Source: Candidatus Latescibacterota bacterium (GTDB lineage: Bacteria; Latescibacterota; UBA2968; UBA8231). From it: a stretch of 64,000 nt of DNA. How positions within the stretch are numbered: the stretch's first letter is position 1; every line of letters begins with the position of its first letter. Position numbers and translations under genes: made by a program. Below the pieces are notes generated by a model. It saw only the letters and a program-made list of their open reading frames with translations, did not search any database and was not told the DNA's origin. This document shows positions 26,139 to 37,267 of the stretch, piece by piece. Location of the stretch: assembly GCA_965215195.1 (NCBI GenBank), contig CBDCDC010000002.1, positions 448,001-512,000 on the forward strand, written 5' to 3'.

Positions 26139-27176
26139 ATGAGCGACAAGACAATAGACCTGCGCAGCGACACGATTACCCTGCCGACCGAGGCCATGCA
26201 GGAGGCCATGGCCTGCGCGCCGTTGGGCGACGATGTGTACGGCGAAGACCCAACGGTCAATCGCCTGCAAGAATTGGCGGCCGAAAAAGTGGGCATGGAA
26301 GCCGCGCTCTACGTGCCTTCGGGCACGATGGGCAATGCCTGCGCCTTGATGACCCACACCCACTGGGGAGACGAAGTGCTCTTTGAGGAGCAGGCGCACA
26401 TGTATTACTGGGAGGCCGGAACCTACGCCTCGCTCGCCGGACTGGCCGTGCGCACCGCGGCTGGCGAGCACGGCGTCATCACGGCCGACCAAGTACGCCA
26501 GACAGTCCGCGCCGACAACCCGCACTTTGCCCCGCTCAAGGTCGTCTGCATCGAAAACACCCACAACAACCACGCCGGCCACGCTTGGTCGGTCGCCGAG
26601 GTAGCTGCGGTGAGCGCTGCGTGCCGCGAACATGGGCTGAAACTGCACGTAGATGGCGCGCGCATTTTTAACGCCGCCCTTGCCGCGGGGACGACGGTCC
26701 CAGCATACACTCAGCACGTTGACTCGGTGATGTTCTGCGTCTCCAAGGGGCTGAGTGCGCCGGTCGGCTCGCTGCTGTGCGGGAGCAGGGACTTTGTCGA
26801 GCGGGCCTATCGGATGCGCAAGCGGCTCGGCGGTGCCATGCGCCAAGCCGGCGTCGTGGCCGCGGCCGGAATCGTGGCCTTGGAGCAGATGACCGAGCGG
26901 CTGGCCGAAGATCACGCGGTGGCGCGGGAACTGGCCGCCGGGTTGGGTGCCATTGAGGGCGTTGAGGTGATTTTCCCGCCGCGACCGACCAACATCCTCA
27001 AGGTGGATTTTGCGGCCTTGGGGTGGTCGGCGGCCGAGCTGGTGGCCAAGTGGAAGGCGCGGGGGGTGTTGTGCAATCCGCGGCCGCCGCACGGGGCGCG
27101 GCTGGTGGCGAATCGGCACGTGGGGCTAGAGGACGTGAGTTACGTGGTGGAGACGACCCGGGAAATGATCGGGTAG
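26139..27176 (+). CDS. ltaE: Low-specificity L-threonine aldolase
   Basis: 'DLRSDT', '[11 protein letters not shown]', 'SGTMGN', '[10 protein letters not shown]', '[10 protein letters not shown]'. Confidence 0.93.
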   Translation: MSDKTIDLRSDTITLPTEAMQEAMACAPLGDDVYGEDPTVNRLQELAAEKVGMEAALYVPSGTMGNACALMTHTHWGDEVLFEEQAHMYYWEAGTYASLAGLAVRTAAGEHGVITADQVRQTVRADNPHFAPLKVVCIENTHNNHAGHAWSVAEVAAVSAACREHGLKLHVDGARIFNAALAAGTTVPAYTQHVDSVMFCVSKGLSAPVGSLLCGSRDFVERAYRMRKRLGGAMRQAGVVAAAGIVALEQMTERLAEDHAVARELAAGLGAIEGVEVIFPPRPTNILKVDFAALGWSAAELVAKWKARGVLCNPRPPHGARLVANRHVGLEDVSYVVETTREMIG

Positions 27177-27184
27177 GGGGCCAC

Positions 27185-29494
27185 TTGGCGCGTCTTTCGT
27201 CCATATCTCGATGCCTTTGGCTCGGCGTTTTTGGCGCGGGAGTTGCCGGAGGGGACGCCCTGAAAAACGCCGATGGCTCGTGGAAGTACAGCAATCACCT
27301 AATGGGAGAGACAAGTCCATACTTGTTGCTGCACGCGCACAATCCGGTCGAGTGGTACCCTTGGGGGGAAGAGGCCCTAGCGCGGGCCAAGGCCGAGGAC
27401 AAGCCGATCTTTCTGTCGGTCGGCTACTCAACCTGCTATTGGTGCCACGTAATGGAGCGGCTGGTCTTTTCCGATCTCGAGATCGCAGCCCAGATGAATG
27501 CCAGCTTTGTCAACATCAAGGTCGATCGCGAGGAGCGGCCCGACATCGACCGCATTTACATGCTGGCGACCCAGCTAACCACCCGGCACGGCGGCTGGCC
27601 CAATTCGGTGTTTTTGACGCCCAGCCAAGAGCCGTTTTTCGCTGGCACGTATTTCCCGCCCAAGCCCTTGCCCGGGCGGCCTTCCTTTCCCCAAGTCTTG
27701 GACTTTATGCGCCAGCGCTGGCAGGACCAGCGCGAGCAGGTGCTCCAAGTCGCGGCCCGCTTGACCGCGGCCATCCGCGACTTGGAATCCGGGCAACAGA
27801 TGGCGGCCGTGCCGCCTGATTCTCTGCTAGTAGCGCGAGTGCTAGCCGCTGTTCAGGGCCGGTACGACGCGATTAACGGCGGCTTCGGGGGCGCCCCCAA
27901 ATTTCCCCCCAGCCTGCGCTTGGAGATGCTGATGGCCACGGCCGAGCGCTTTGCCGATCCCCAAGTACAGCGCATTGTTTTGCACTCGCTGGAGCGGATG
28001 GCGGCCGGCGGCATGTACGACCAAATCGGCGGCGGCTTCCACCGCTACGCCACAGACGCCGAGTGGCGAGTGCCGCACTTTGAGAAGATGCTCTACAACC
28101 AAGCTCACTTGTCGCGGCTGTACTTGCGTGCCTACGAACTGACCGGGGACGACCGCTGGCGGTGGGTGGCCGAGGACATTTTTCGCTTTGTCGCCCGGGA
28201 GATGACCGGGCCGGACGGGGCTTTTTACTCGGCCCTAGACGCTGAGACCGAGGCCGAAGAGGGCAAGTACTATCTGTGGAATGAGGGGGACCTAAAGGAC
28301 GTATTGGGGCGCGAGGCGGAATTGTTTTGGGCCGTCTATGGGTTGGCCCCCATGCCCGAGGGCGAGGAGGGCGTCCTCTACGCGAAAACGCCGCTTGCCG
28401 CGGCCGAGCGGCGGGCGCAAATGGCCCTCGTGCGGCAGCGCGTCCTCGCGGCGCGGGCCGAGCGGCCCTATCCCCTCCTCGACGACAAGGTGCTAGCCGC
28501 TTGGAACGGCATGATGATCGAGGCGTACGCGCGGGGCTTCGCGGTCTTGGGCGATCCCGCATATCGCCGCGCGGCCGAGCGCGCGGCCGATTTTGCTCTC
28601 GAGCACCTGCGGCGCGAGGACGGGGGATTGTGGCGGGTCCATCGGCTGGGGGTTTCGCGGCAGGCGGCGTACCTAGACGACTATGCGTTTTTGGCGCGCG
28701 GGCTGACGGCATTGTACCGGGCGACTGGCGCGGCGCGGTGGTTGCAGGCCGCACGCGAGTTGAGCGCCGAGATGGTGGCGCGGTTTTGGGACGCAGAGGT
28801 CGGGGGGTTTTTCTTTACTGAAGCTAGCAACGCGCTCATCGTGCGCAGCAAATTCGCCCAAGACTCGGCCCTGCCTGCGGGCAATGCGGTGGCCGCCCAC
28901 GCGCTGCTAGACTTGGCCGAACTGACGGGCCAAGCGCACTATCGCCGCCGGGCCGCGCAAATCCTGTCCGCTTTTGGCGGGGCCATGTGGGCGCAGCCCG
29001 CGGCCGCGGTGCATTTGGCGGCTGCGGCCGAGCGCCATCTGCAAGCGTCGCTGGTCGCAGCCGCATCAGCGGACGCCCAAGCGGATTCGCTGGTCTCCAT
29101 GCGAGTTGAACTGCCCGCGCAACAGCCGGTGGCGGGCGAGGTTTTTGCCGTGGCCGTGCATCTGGACATTCGCCCGGGCTGGCACATCAACGCCAACCCG
29201 CCTTCGGGCGACTTGCTCATTCCCACCTCCCTGACGCTCAATGCCGACTGGCCGCTAAACTTTGCCCGCGTGCGCTATCCCACAGGCCGCTCGCAGGTCT
29301 TCCCGGCCCTAGCGGAGACGCTCTCGGTGTACGAGGATCAGGTCGCCCTGTGGGCGGATTTGTCGCTGCCCAAAAGTGCGGCCGGGACCGCGGGCGATGT
29401 GCGCTTCTTGGTCCAGTATCAGGCCTGTGACGAGACCCGTTGCCTTCCTCCGGCCGAATTGAGCCGTAGTGTGCGGGTGGTCGCAGCGCCGTGA
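27185..29494 (+). CDS. YyaL/SPATA20-type thioredoxin + (alpha/alpha)6 protein with C-terminal DsbD-N-like domain
   Basis: '[14 protein letters not shown]', 'CYWCHVM', 'KVDREERPD', 'PHFEKMLY'; C-terminal '[19 protein letters not shown]'. TTG start approximate. Confidence 0.88.
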   Translation: MARLSSISRCLWLGVFGAGVAGGDALKNADGSWKYSNHLMGETSPYLLLHAHNPVEWYPWGEEALARAKAEDKPIFLSVGYSTCYWCHVMERLVFSDLEIAAQMNASFVNIKVDREERPDIDRIYMLATQLTTRHGGWPNSVFLTPSQEPFFAGTYFPPKPLPGRPSFPQVLDFMRQRWQDQREQVLQVAARLTAAIRDLESGQQMAAVPPDSLLVARVLAAVQGRYDAINGGFGGAPKFPPSLRLEMLMATAERFADPQVQRIVLHSLERMAAGGMYDQIGGGFHRYATDAEWRVPHFEKMLYNQAHLSRLYLRAYELTGDDRWRWVAEDIFRFVAREMTGPDGAFYSALDAETEAEEGKYYLWNEGDLKDVLGREAELFWAVYGLAPMPEGEEGVLYAKTPLAAAERRAQMALVRQRVLAARAERPYPLLDDKVLAAWNGMMIEAYARGFAVLGDPAYRRAAERAADFALEHLRREDGGLWRVHRLGVSRQAAYLDDYAFLARGLTALYRATGAARWLQAARELSAEMVARFWDAEVGGFFFTEASNALIVRSKFAQDSALPAGNAVAAHALLDLAELTGQAHYRRRAAQILSAFGGAMWAQPAAAVHLAAAAERHLQASLVAAASADAQADSLVSMRVELPAQQPVAGEVFAVAVHLDIRPGWHINANPPSGDLLIPTSLTLNADWPLNFARVRYPTGRSQVFPALAETLSVYEDQVALWADLSLPKSAAGTAGDVRFLVQYQACDETRCLPPAELSRSVRVVAAP

Positions 29495-31509
29495 TCCAAC
29501 GCACAGACATCCTCGGCTGTGGGGTGGGCGAGTTAGAGGCCGCCAAGATCCTCGCCCAAGTCGAAGCCCTCTCTGGCCCGCCGGAAGCGCGCTGGCGGGA
29601 GGCGGCCCGCTGCATTCTGCGGCCGGATCATCCCTTTGCCCTGCACCAGTTGCTCTATCGGGCAATCTACGGCAGCGCGGGTGGCCCGGTGTTTTTCCCC
29701 GAGCGCGCAGACATTGAGCACGCGCACATAACGGCACTGCGGCGCGAGCTCGGTCTAAATTCGTACGCCGCGCTCTTTGCGTGGTCAATTGCAGAACGGG
29801 AGGCGTTTTGGGAGCGGACGGTCGCCCGCTTGGGCATCCGCTTTCGCAAGCCATACGCGCAGCTTCTCGATCTGTCCCAAGGCATCGAAGCGCCCAAGTG
29901 GTTTGTCGGGGCCGAGATGAACATCGCCGAGAGTTGCTTTCAGGCCCCGGCCGATCAGACGGCCATTGTCTTTCAGCGCGAAGGCGGCCCACTTGAGCGG
30001 ATGAGTTTCGCCATCCTAGAAGCCCTGTGCGACCGGGTCGCTGGCGGGTTGTGCGCGTTGGGATTTGGCCCCGGCGACCGGATTGCCGTGGCCATGCCGA
30101 TGACAGCCGAGTCAGTGGCCATCTATCTAGGGATCATCAAGGCCGGTTGCGCGGTGGTGGCCATCGCCGACAGTTTCGCCCCCCCCCAGATCGCCGCCCG
30201 GCTGCGGATCGGGGAGGCCAAGGCCGTTTTTACGCAAGACGTGATTTTGCGCGGCGGGCGCGAGTTGCCCCTGTACCCGCGCTTAGTCGCCGCAGAAGCC
30301 CCGTTGGCAATTGCGTTGCCGGGGCGTATAGAAGGGTTGACGGAAACGCTGCGCCCCGGGGATCTGCGCTGGGACGAATTCTTGCAAGCCGACGCTGTGC
30401 CCGCGGCCGTGGCCTGCGATCCGGACGAGACGACCAATGTCCTGTTTTCATCGGGCACTACCGGCGACCCCAAGGCCCTGCCCTGGACCCATGTCAATCC
30501 GATCAAGTGCGGCGCAGACGCGCATTATCACCAAGATGTCCACCCGGGCGATGTGGTGGCTTGGCCGACCAATTTGGGCTGGATGATGGGGCCGTGGCTG
30601 ATTTACGCCGCCTTTTTGAACCGGGCGACCATGGCGCTCTACTATGGCACCCCTACCGAGCGGGGCTTTGGGGAGTTCGTGCAGGCGGCTGGCATTACCA
30701 TGCTCGGCGTCATCCCGAGCATGGTGCGGACTTGGCGCAGCACTGGCTGCATGGAGGGCATCGACTTTTCGGCGATTCGGGCTTTTAGTGCCACCGGGGA
30801 GTGCTCCAACGCCGAGGACATGCACTATCTGATGGCACTGGCCGGGTATCGGCCCATACTCGAATACTGCGGCGGCACCGAGCTGGCGGGCGGGTACTTG
30901 CTCAGTACGCAAGTTGAGCCGGTCGCACCCGCAACTTTTAATTCGGCGACGCTGGGGACGGACTTGGCGATTTTGGACGAGCACGGGCAGGTGTGCCAAA
31001 GCGGCGAGGTTTTCTTAGTGCCGCCCGCCATTGGGATGTCAACTCGGGTGCTCAACCGCGACCACCGCGAAGTGTACTACGCGGGCGTACCCAAGCCGGG
31101 CGGGGTGCCACTGCGCCGCCACGGCGACCAAGTCGAGCGGCTGGCCCCGGGCATGTACCGGGTCCACGGCCGCGCCGACGACGCCATGAACTTGGGCGGG
31201 ATCAAGGTGAGTTCCGCCGAGATCGAGCGCGTCTTGAACGCGATGCCGGGCGTGGTCGAGACCGCGGCGATTGCCGTGCCGCCGCCGGGGGGCGGGCCGA
31301 GCCTGTTGGTGATCTTCGCGGTGCTGGAGGACGCCGGCAACTGCTTGCAACAGGCGATGCAGCAGGCGATCCGCCGGGAACTCAATCCACTCTTCAAGAT
31401 TCACGAAGTAATAGTAGTGGAATCGCTGCCGCGGACCGCGTCGAACAAGGTGATGCGCCGGGTCTTGCGGGAGTGCTACGGAAGGAAACCACGTAGCCCC
31501 AGAGGCTAA
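29491..31509 (+). CDS. AMP-binding acyl-CoA synthetase
   Basis: '[10 protein letters not shown]', 'YCGGTE', '[16 protein letters not shown]', 'PRTASNK'. Confidence 0.9.
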   Translation: MIQRTDILGCGVGELEAAKILAQVEALSGPPEARWREAARCILRPDHPFALHQLLYRAIYGSAGGPVFFPERADIEHAHITALRRELGLNSYAALFAWSIAEREAFWERTVARLGIRFRKPYAQLLDLSQGIEAPKWFVGAEMNIAESCFQAPADQTAIVFQREGGPLERMSFAILEALCDRVAGGLCALGFGPGDRIAVAMPMTAESVAIYLGIIKAGCAVVAIADSFAPPQIAARLRIGEAKAVFTQDVILRGGRELPLYPRLVAAEAPLAIALPGRIEGLTETLRPGDLRWDEFLQADAVPAAVACDPDETTNVLFSSGTTGDPKALPWTHVNPIKCGADAHYHQDVHPGDVVAWPTNLGWMMGPWLIYAAFLNRATMALYYGTPTERGFGEFVQAAGITMLGVIPSMVRTWRSTGCMEGIDFSAIRAFSATGECSNAEDMHYLMALAGYRPILEYCGGTELAGGYLLSTQVEPVAPATFNSATLGTDLAILDEHGQVCQSGEVFLVPPAIGMSTRVLNRDHREVYYAGVPKPGGVPLRRHGDQVERLAPGMYRVHGRADDAMNLGGIKVSSAEIERVLNAMPGVVETAAIAVPPPGGGPSLLVIFAVLEDAGNCLQQAMQQAIRRELNPLFKIHEVIVVESLPRTASNKVMRRVLRECYGRKPRSPRG

Positions 31510-31525
31510 ACGAAAGGAGCATCCC

Positions 31526-32971
31526 ATGCGACATGCCTATCTATCTGCTTTGCTGCTGCTGGCGGCGATCTATCCGGCTGAGGCTGGCCGCTACGACGAT
31601 CCGCGCTTTCTCACCAGCCACCTCGTCTCCGGTGGGGTGGCCAAAGACGGCATTCCGGCCCTAACCAATCCCACCTTTGTGGCACCGGACGAAGTTGGCT
31701 ACCTAGCCGAAGACGACGTGGTCATGGGAATCGTCATCAACGGCCAACCGCGTGCGTACCCACACAACATTGGCTGGTGGAACGAGATCATCAACGATCG
31801 CATCGGCGATCAGTCGGTCGTAGTGTCTTTGTGTCCGCTTACAGGGACCGGCCAAGTCTTCAACGCCACCGCTGGCGATGGCTCGCAGATCGAGTTTGGG
31901 GTCTCCGGTCTGCTGATCAACAGCAACTTGGTCATGTACGACCGGCGCGACGGCGAAACGCTCTACCCGCAGATGATTTACACGGCCATTAACGGCACTC
32001 GGGCCGGCGACCGCCTAGAGCTAATGCCGGTGGTGGAGACGACTTGGGCGCTGTGGCAGCGGATGTACCCCAGCACCACCGTGGTACAAGCCACCACGGG
32101 CTGGGAGCATTATAACTCGCGACCAGCGTACAACGAACAGCAATACACCTTCTATCCTTACGGCGACTACCGCACCAGCAACGAGTACCTGATTTTCCTA
32201 CCCACGACCAACGGCGGCGGCTTTGATCAGCGCTTTGAGACCAAGGATCTAGTGTTGGGGTTGTGCCGCGGCGACCAGACCAAGGCGTACCCCTTCGCGC
32301 TGATGCCCGACCGGGCGGTGATCAACGATTTCGTCGGCAGCGATCCCGTAGTCGTCCTCTTCGACGCTGGGTCGCGCACGGCCTTGGCCTATTTCAGCCA
32401 GCTCGACGACACACCATTGAGCTTTTACGGAGTAGCGTCTGAGGGGCTGTTGCCGGTGGAATTTGTGGATGCGGAGACGGGTTCGCGCTGGAACATGCTC
32501 GGAGAAGCCGTCGCCGGGCCGCTCGCCGGGCGGCGGTTGGCGCAAGTCCCGGCCTACAACGCCATGTGGTTCGCCTGGACCGCCTACTGGCCCGATACTG
32601 CGGTCTGGCAGCCGGGCGAGGGGATCCTCAGCGCGGAGGACATCGCCGAGCTCACGGCCGTCGAGGAGGTACTTGACGCGACGCCGACGAGTTTTGCATT
32701 GAACCAGAACTTCCCCAATCCCTTCAACGCGCAGACCCTGATCCAGTACGAGCTTCCCGCTGATGGGCAGGTGCGGCTCGGCGTGTTCAACGCCGCAGGG
32801 CAGCGGGTGCGCTCGCTGGTGGCGGGCTATCAGACGCACGGGTTGTATCTCCAAAGCTGGGACGGGCGCAACGACGCCGGGGCGCAGGTAGCGAGCGGGG
32901 CGTATCTGTACAGGTTGGAGATGCCCGCGGCAGGGTTTAGCCAGACGCGAAGGATGACGTTGGTGCGTTGA
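31526..32971 (+). CDS. DUF3179 protein with C-terminal FlgD-Ig tail
   Basis: 'KDGIPAL', 'RAYP..EIIND', 'FGVSG..SNLVMYDR', 'WFAW'; tail 'QNFPNPFN'. Confidence 0.85.
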   Translation: MRHAYLSALLLLAAIYPAEAGRYDDPRFLTSHLVSGGVAKDGIPALTNPTFVAPDEVGYLAEDDVVMGIVINGQPRAYPHNIGWWNEIINDRIGDQSVVVSLCPLTGTGQVFNATAGDGSQIEFGVSGLLINSNLVMYDRRDGETLYPQMIYTAINGTRAGDRLELMPVVETTWALWQRMYPSTTVVQATTGWEHYNSRPAYNEQQYTFYPYGDYRTSNEYLIFLPTTNGGGFDQRFETKDLVLGLCRGDQTKAYPFALMPDRAVINDFVGSDPVVVLFDAGSRTALAYFSQLDDTPLSFYGVASEGLLPVEFVDAETGSRWNMLGEAVAGPLAGRRLAQVPAYNAMWFAWTAYWPDTAVWQPGEGILSAEDIAELTAVEEVLDATPTSFALNQNFPNPFNAQTLIQYELPADGQVRLGVFNAAGQRVRSLVAGYQTHGLYLQSWDGRNDAGAQVASGAYLYRLEMPAAGFSQTRRMTLVR

Positions 32972-33018
32972 TTTTTTGAAAATTACACGGGCGGCGGCCC
33001 CCCACCTACGCCCCTGCT

Positions 33019-33741
33019 CTAGGCCGCTGGCAGCACGGGTCGTTCCACGTATTCGACGTAGAGGCGCTCCAAGTCGGCTTCTTGGAATTCGTCGCGGGTG
33101 AGCGTCTTGACGAGGTGCCCCTCGACCATGATGCCCAGCCGGTCGGCGATCACGCGCGCACGGAACACGTCGTGGGTGGTCATCCATATCGCCTTGCCCT
33201 CGTGACGCAACTCATCCAACAGCTCCAAAAACTCGGCCCCGGACTTGGGATCGAGCCCGGACGTCGGCTCGTCAAGTAGCACGATGCGGGCGTCCTTGGC
33301 GATGGCAATGGCAATGCCCAGCTTCTGCCGCATCCCCTTGGAAAACGTCTTGACCCGGCGGTCAAACGCCTCCGGTTGCAAGCCCACGCGCGCCATGATT
33401 GGGTCGTAGTGGGCGGCGTCTTGGGACGGCTGGCCGCTCAAGCGGGTAAAGAAATCCAAGTTCTGCCGCGCGCTGAAGTTGCCGTAGAGCATGACGTTTT
33501 CCGAGACATAGGCCACGTGCTTTTTGGCCTCTAAGGGCTGCTCGGTGATGTCGATGCCGCACAGCTTGACCGTGCCTTTGGTGGGTTCGGTGAAGCCCAA
33601 CGCGACCATCAAGGTGGTGGTCTTGCCCGCGCCGTTGGCCCCGAGCATGGTGAAGACCTCGCCTTCTTGGATGGTCAGGTTGAGGTCGGTGACGGCTTTG
33701 ACGTCGCCGTAGTGCTTGGACAGTCCGATGATTTCCAACAT
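33019..33741 (-). CDS. ABC-2-type exporter ATP-binding protein
   Basis: Start MLEIIGLSK; GANGAGKTT, FSKGMRQK, LDEPTSGLDP. Confidence 0.92.
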   Translation of the reverse strand: MLEIIGLSKHYGDVKAVTDLNLTIQEGEVFTMLGANGAGKTTTLMVALGFTEPTKGTVKLCGIDITEQPLEAKKHVAYVSENVMLYGNFSARQNLDFFTRLSGQPSQDAAHYDPIMARVGLQPEAFDRRVKTFSKGMRQKLGIAIAIAKDARIVLLDEPTSGLDPKSGAEFLELLDELRHEGKAIWMTTHDVFRARVIADRLGIMVEGHLVKTLTRDEFQEADLERLYVEYVERPVLPAA

Positions 33742-33817
33742 GATGCGATCCTTTCGCTTGAGTGATTCGTGGTCAGTGGTCAGTCCCCCCCCGCTCTGCG
33801 GGAAGGATTGGGGCTGG

Positions 33818-35215
33818 TCACTGGGCACTGGTTTTGTACAACTCGCTTTGGAGCGCACGCCCCAGTAGCCGCCGCAGCTCTTCGGCTGCGAGGACGTAGG
33901 CCAAACGCTCGGTGAAATAGCTCTGCTCGGCCACGTTGACCGCCACCCGCTGGCGGCGCAGGTCGTCGAAGTTGAGGTTGCCCATGGCGTTTTCAAACAG
34001 CTCTTCGGCCGTGTCCAAGCGCTGGCGGGCAACATCGGCGCGCCGACGCAGAATCTGGGTGTTTTCCCGCCGGCTTTGCAAGGCGTAGAACGCTTCGACC
34101 ACGTCCAGTTCAATTAAGTGGCGGGTCTCGTCGCGGTCTTGGCGCAGCTCGGTAAGCCGCGCCCGCTCCTCGGCCGACTGCGCCAAGCGCCGCCCGCCTT
34201 GGAACAAAGGCAGCGACACGTTGGCCATCACCCGCCAGCCTTCGCCCCTGTCCAGCGCCGGGTCCAAGCCCCGGCTGGCCAGTGCGCGGCGCCCGGACCC
34301 CACCACCTTCCACGTCTGGCCGTTGCCGCTCCAATGCAAGCCGAGATCGGTGTCTTGGAAATCCTTGGTCAGGTGCAGGCCGACGTGGGGCAGCCATTGC
34401 CAGAACACGCTGCGCGCCTGCTGCTGCTGTTGGCCGATTTGCCAGACCAGTTCGGCCAGATGCGGTCGGTTGGCGTGGGCTTCCTCGATGAGGGCGGGCA
34501 GGTCCGCTTCGCTGGGGTTGAGGAGCGGCAGGTGCTCGTAGGGCGGACCAACGATCTCAATGGCGCGCAGCGAGCGCTTGCCCACCAGGCCGATCGCGGT
34601 GAAAAGCTGTAGATGCAGGGCGCGCAGGGTGCGCTGGAGGTGGTTGATGCGCGCCTGCTCCTCCAACACTTCTAACTCGGCCTCGTGTAGCTCCACCGGC
34701 CGCGCCAAGCCGGCGTCAAGGCGCGTTTGCACCCGCTCCATTTTGGCGCGGAAGTACGCGAGCAACTCATCGCGGCTGGCGATTTCGTCGCGGGTCAGCA
34801 GCAGGCGGTAATACGCTTGCCGCACCTCGCTATCGACGGCGATGATGGTCTCGCGGTAACGCGCCTTGGCCGCTTGCTCTTGGTGCTGGGCGGCAAAGCG
34901 CGAGGCCGTGGGGGCCCCGTAGCGCACGAGCTCTTGCTGGGCTTCTAAGAATAGCTCGCGTTGATCGGCTTCCGGCGCATTCGCGGCGGCCAATTCGCGG
35001 CGCTCGTACTCGGCGTTCAGGCCGAGGGTCGGCAGCTGTTCGGCGTAGTCGAGGCGGGTGCGCGCCCGCGTCTGGTTCCAGCGGGCGTGCGCCGCCTCCA
35101 GCACCGGGCTATGCTGGCCGGCGGCGCGCTGACACGTCGTGAGGTTCCACTCCTCGGCCGGGGCCATGCTCGCCCAGCAGCAGAGGGCGGCTAACGTCGA
35201 TCGATAAGTAGTCAT
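33818..35215 (-). CDS. TolC family outer-membrane efflux protein
   Basis: Signal peptide; 'VRQAYYRLL', 'NVSLPLFQGG', 'DVVEAFY' OEP repeats. Confidence 0.85.
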   Translation of the reverse strand: MTTYRSTLAALCCWASMAPAEEWNLTTCQRAAGQHSPVLEAAHARWNQTRARTRLDYAEQLPTLGLNAEYERRELAAANAPEADQRELFLEAQQELVRYGAPTASRFAAQHQEQAAKARYRETIIAVDSEVRQAYYRLLLTRDEIASRDELLAYFRAKMERVQTRLDAGLARPVELHEAELEVLEEQARINHLQRTLRALHLQLFTAIGLVGKRSLRAIEIVGPPYEHLPLLNPSEADLPALIEEAHANRPHLAELVWQIGQQQQQARSVFWQWLPHVGLHLTKDFQDTDLGLHWSGNGQTWKVVGSGRRALASRGLDPALDRGEGWRVMANVSLPLFQGGRRLAQSAEERARLTELRQDRDETRHLIELDVVEAFYALQSRRENTQILRRRADVARQRLDTAEELFENAMGNLNFDDLRRQRVAVNVAEQSYFTERLAYVLAAEELRRLLGRALQSELYKTSAQ

Positions 35216-36723
35216 CGCTTGCTCCATTGCACGGTGAAGACGGCCACGCCCAGCACGATGGTCACCAGCAAGAGCACCAACCCGGTGATGCCCCAAAACG
35301 ACCCATCGCTCTTGATGTTGATGTTGACGGTGCGCTCAACCGACTCGACCCACTGCCCCTTGTGCTGGGTGCTGGCACTGGTCTTGACTTCGTAGCGGCC
35401 GATTTCCGCGCTGTGGACCGGCCGCACGGTCAGCGTGGCCTCTATTTCCTCACGCGGGGCGATCTGGGCGATTTCCGGCGGCTCAAACGCGACCTCCCAG
35501 CCCGGCGGCGACAGGGCTTGCAGGCGGATGTCGAGCAAGGCCACTGTGCCGAGGTTGCGCACCTGCCAAACGGACTGGGATTCGCCTTCGCCATTGACCG
35601 ACAGGTCGAGGTTGAGGGTGGTCAGTTCCAGTTCGGCGCGGCCGGTGGGCACCAGTTGCAGTTGCTCGTAGCCAATGCCGAGGGCCTGCCAGCGCGCCGG
35701 ATCGGCCGCGGCCAACGCCTCGGCGTCCACGGTCTTAGGCTCGTAGGCCAGCACCGAGAACAAGATCGGCTGATCGACGGCAAAGCGCTCGGCCTGTTCG
35801 GGGACGAACACGTTGAGGATCAGCGATTCGCTGGAGTGGTCGCGGGAAAAGCGCAGCCGCGACAGGTTGCGATCCCCGCTCTCAAACGCCCAGCGGAAGT
35901 CGTCGGGCAGGCCGTGCGCCATCAGTTGGAAGATCTTTTCGTCTTCGGCCAGCCGCTCCAAGTGCAACTCGTAGGCCACCGCATTGCCCAAAGCGCCTTC
36001 TTGGGAAAACTGGGTGGCGTACACGCGCACCACGTCGCGGGCGGACGCCTTTTCGAGGTGAATGACGTGGTCGTCGGTGCGGTTGAGGTATTGCAGTTGC
36101 ACGGTGAGGTCTTCGACCTCGGGACGCTGCAAGCCGACCTCGACTTCGACGGCCTCGCCGAGCGCCAGCACCGGGATGTGGACTTGGTAGGGCTGGCCGA
36201 CCATGACGTGATCGGCGAGGATGGTGACGAAGATGTTGTTGACCTGCAACAGGGAGGCCGCGTCTTGGTCGAGGCCGTTGATGGCGTAGCGCCGGCGCGC
36301 CTGATCGACCATTTGCGCCAAGTGGAGGTCAGAGTCGTTGCGCAGGGTGAGCCGCACGCGAACCTTGTCGCCTTCGACGCCGTACTTTTGGCCGTTGACG
36401 ACCGTCAGGTGGGTGGCGTCGCTGAGGGAGTGGAGGAAGGCGCGCTGGAGGTTTAAGTCGGCGCGTTGTCGCTCTTGGCGGGTGCGCTCAAACCGCTCGC
36501 GGGCAAGGCGCAACTCTTGGCCGGTGACCACGCCGCGCTCCTTGAGGCCGATCATCTGATCGTGTTCGATTGCGACTTCGGCTTCGCGCGCTTTGGCCTG
36601 TTCCAGCGTCAAGTGGGCCTCTTCGAGGTCGAGCAAGATGCGCTGCTGTTCCTTGGTCAAGGTTTCGGCATGGGCCACGAGGGCGCACAGCAGCAGGCCG
36701 AAAACATAGAAGAGCGAGGACAT
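35212..36723 (-). CDS. Secreted/anchored protein with N-terminal coiled coil, Ig-like and NEW3-like domains and C-terminal TM
   Basis: Signal peptide; helical hairpin with 'ERGVVTGQE'; 'VRNLGT..PPGWEV..IAP..GRYEV'; C-terminal TM ending in KR. Confidence 0.7.
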   Translation of the reverse strand: MSSLFYVFGLLLCALVAHAETLTKEQQRILLDLEEAHLTLEQAKAREAEVAIEHDQMIGLKERGVVTGQELRLARERFERTRQERQRADLNLQRAFLHSLSDATHLTVVNGQKYGVEGDKVRVRLTLRNDSDLHLAQMVDQARRRYAINGLDQDAASLLQVNNIFVTILADHVMVGQPYQVHIPVLALGEAVEVEVGLQRPEVEDLTVQLQYLNRTDDHVIHLEKASARDVVRVYATQFSQEGALGNAVAYELHLERLAEDEKIFQLMAHGLPDDFRWAFESGDRNLSRLRFSRDHSSESLILNVFVPEQAERFAVDQPILFSVLAYEPKTVDAEALAAADPARWQALGIGYEQLQLVPTGRAELELTTLNLDLSVNGEGESQSVWQVRNLGTVALLDIRLQALSPPGWEVAFEPPEIAQIAPREEIEATLTVRPVHSAEIGRYEVKTSASTQHKGQWVESVERTVNINIKSDGSFWGITGLVLLLVTIVLGVAVFTVQWSKR

Positions 36724-36803
36724 GGCGAACTCCTTTCTAGAGGATGCTGGCGCACAGCGAGGAACGGTAGGCCAGCACAGGTTGTGGCTTCTGCTTAGTT
36801 AAT

Positions 36804-36819
36804 AGCAAGCATCGTGCCA
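36804..36819 (-). promoter_or_regulatory. sigma54 promoter
   Basis: Reverse complement reads TGGCAC-GATGC-TTGCT. Confidence 0.85.
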
Positions 36820-36964
36820 AATAGTAGCCAGCGAGCGACGATCGCGCCGATTTATTTGCTTTTACGATTCATAAATTACTGTTAAATAATGTCTTATAAA
36901 GAGTAAAATAAAGTTCTCGCCGATCGCTCAGACCCTTTGCGATGCCTTCTTAACGCGCTAAAAG

Positions 36965-37024
36965 TGCGCGGATATATCGCACAAGTGCGTCGAATCATCG
37001 CTTTTGATGCGTCTAAACATCGCA
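36965..37024. promoter_or_regulatory. Three phased TGCG-N9-CGCA boxes (putative enhancer-binding-protein sites)
   Basis: Boxes start at 36965, 36986 and 37008; conserved at 41563-41621. Confidence 0.7.
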
Positions 37025-37267
37025 GGGGCGCACCTGTTGATTGCGGCGTAGGGCTTCTTCCGTTGAACGTTTCCGTTGCCTGCTGAGGCCGGAAGGAGGG
37101 GTGAAGAATCGCAGATAAGTCGGCGGTTGGTGCGGGTTGACGGACAGCGGGAGTTTTGGCACGGAAGCGGGCAGCTCGCTTTTAAGGCGTTTGGGTCAAG
37201 CGGCCATGGCCTTAATAACCGCTTAGCTCTGCATTGAGGCGCGCCGCCGCCACCCATTCGGCGACCT

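Noticed and set aside
31526-32971. Selenoprotein form of DUF3179
   Set aside because: The ORF is uninterrupted, with no in-frame TGA at the Cys motif.
35227-36456. Long antisense ORFs (for example 35227-36456 +, 56797-58404 -, 62108-63502 -, 26118-27119 -)
   Set aside because: They are shadows of well-supported genes on the opposite strand in GC-rich DNA and show no motifs.
37157-37172. Additional plus-strand sigma54 promoter (TGGCACGGAAGCGGGC)
   Set aside because: GG-to-GC spacing is 11 rather than 10, there is no TTGC, and no downstream plus-strand gene.
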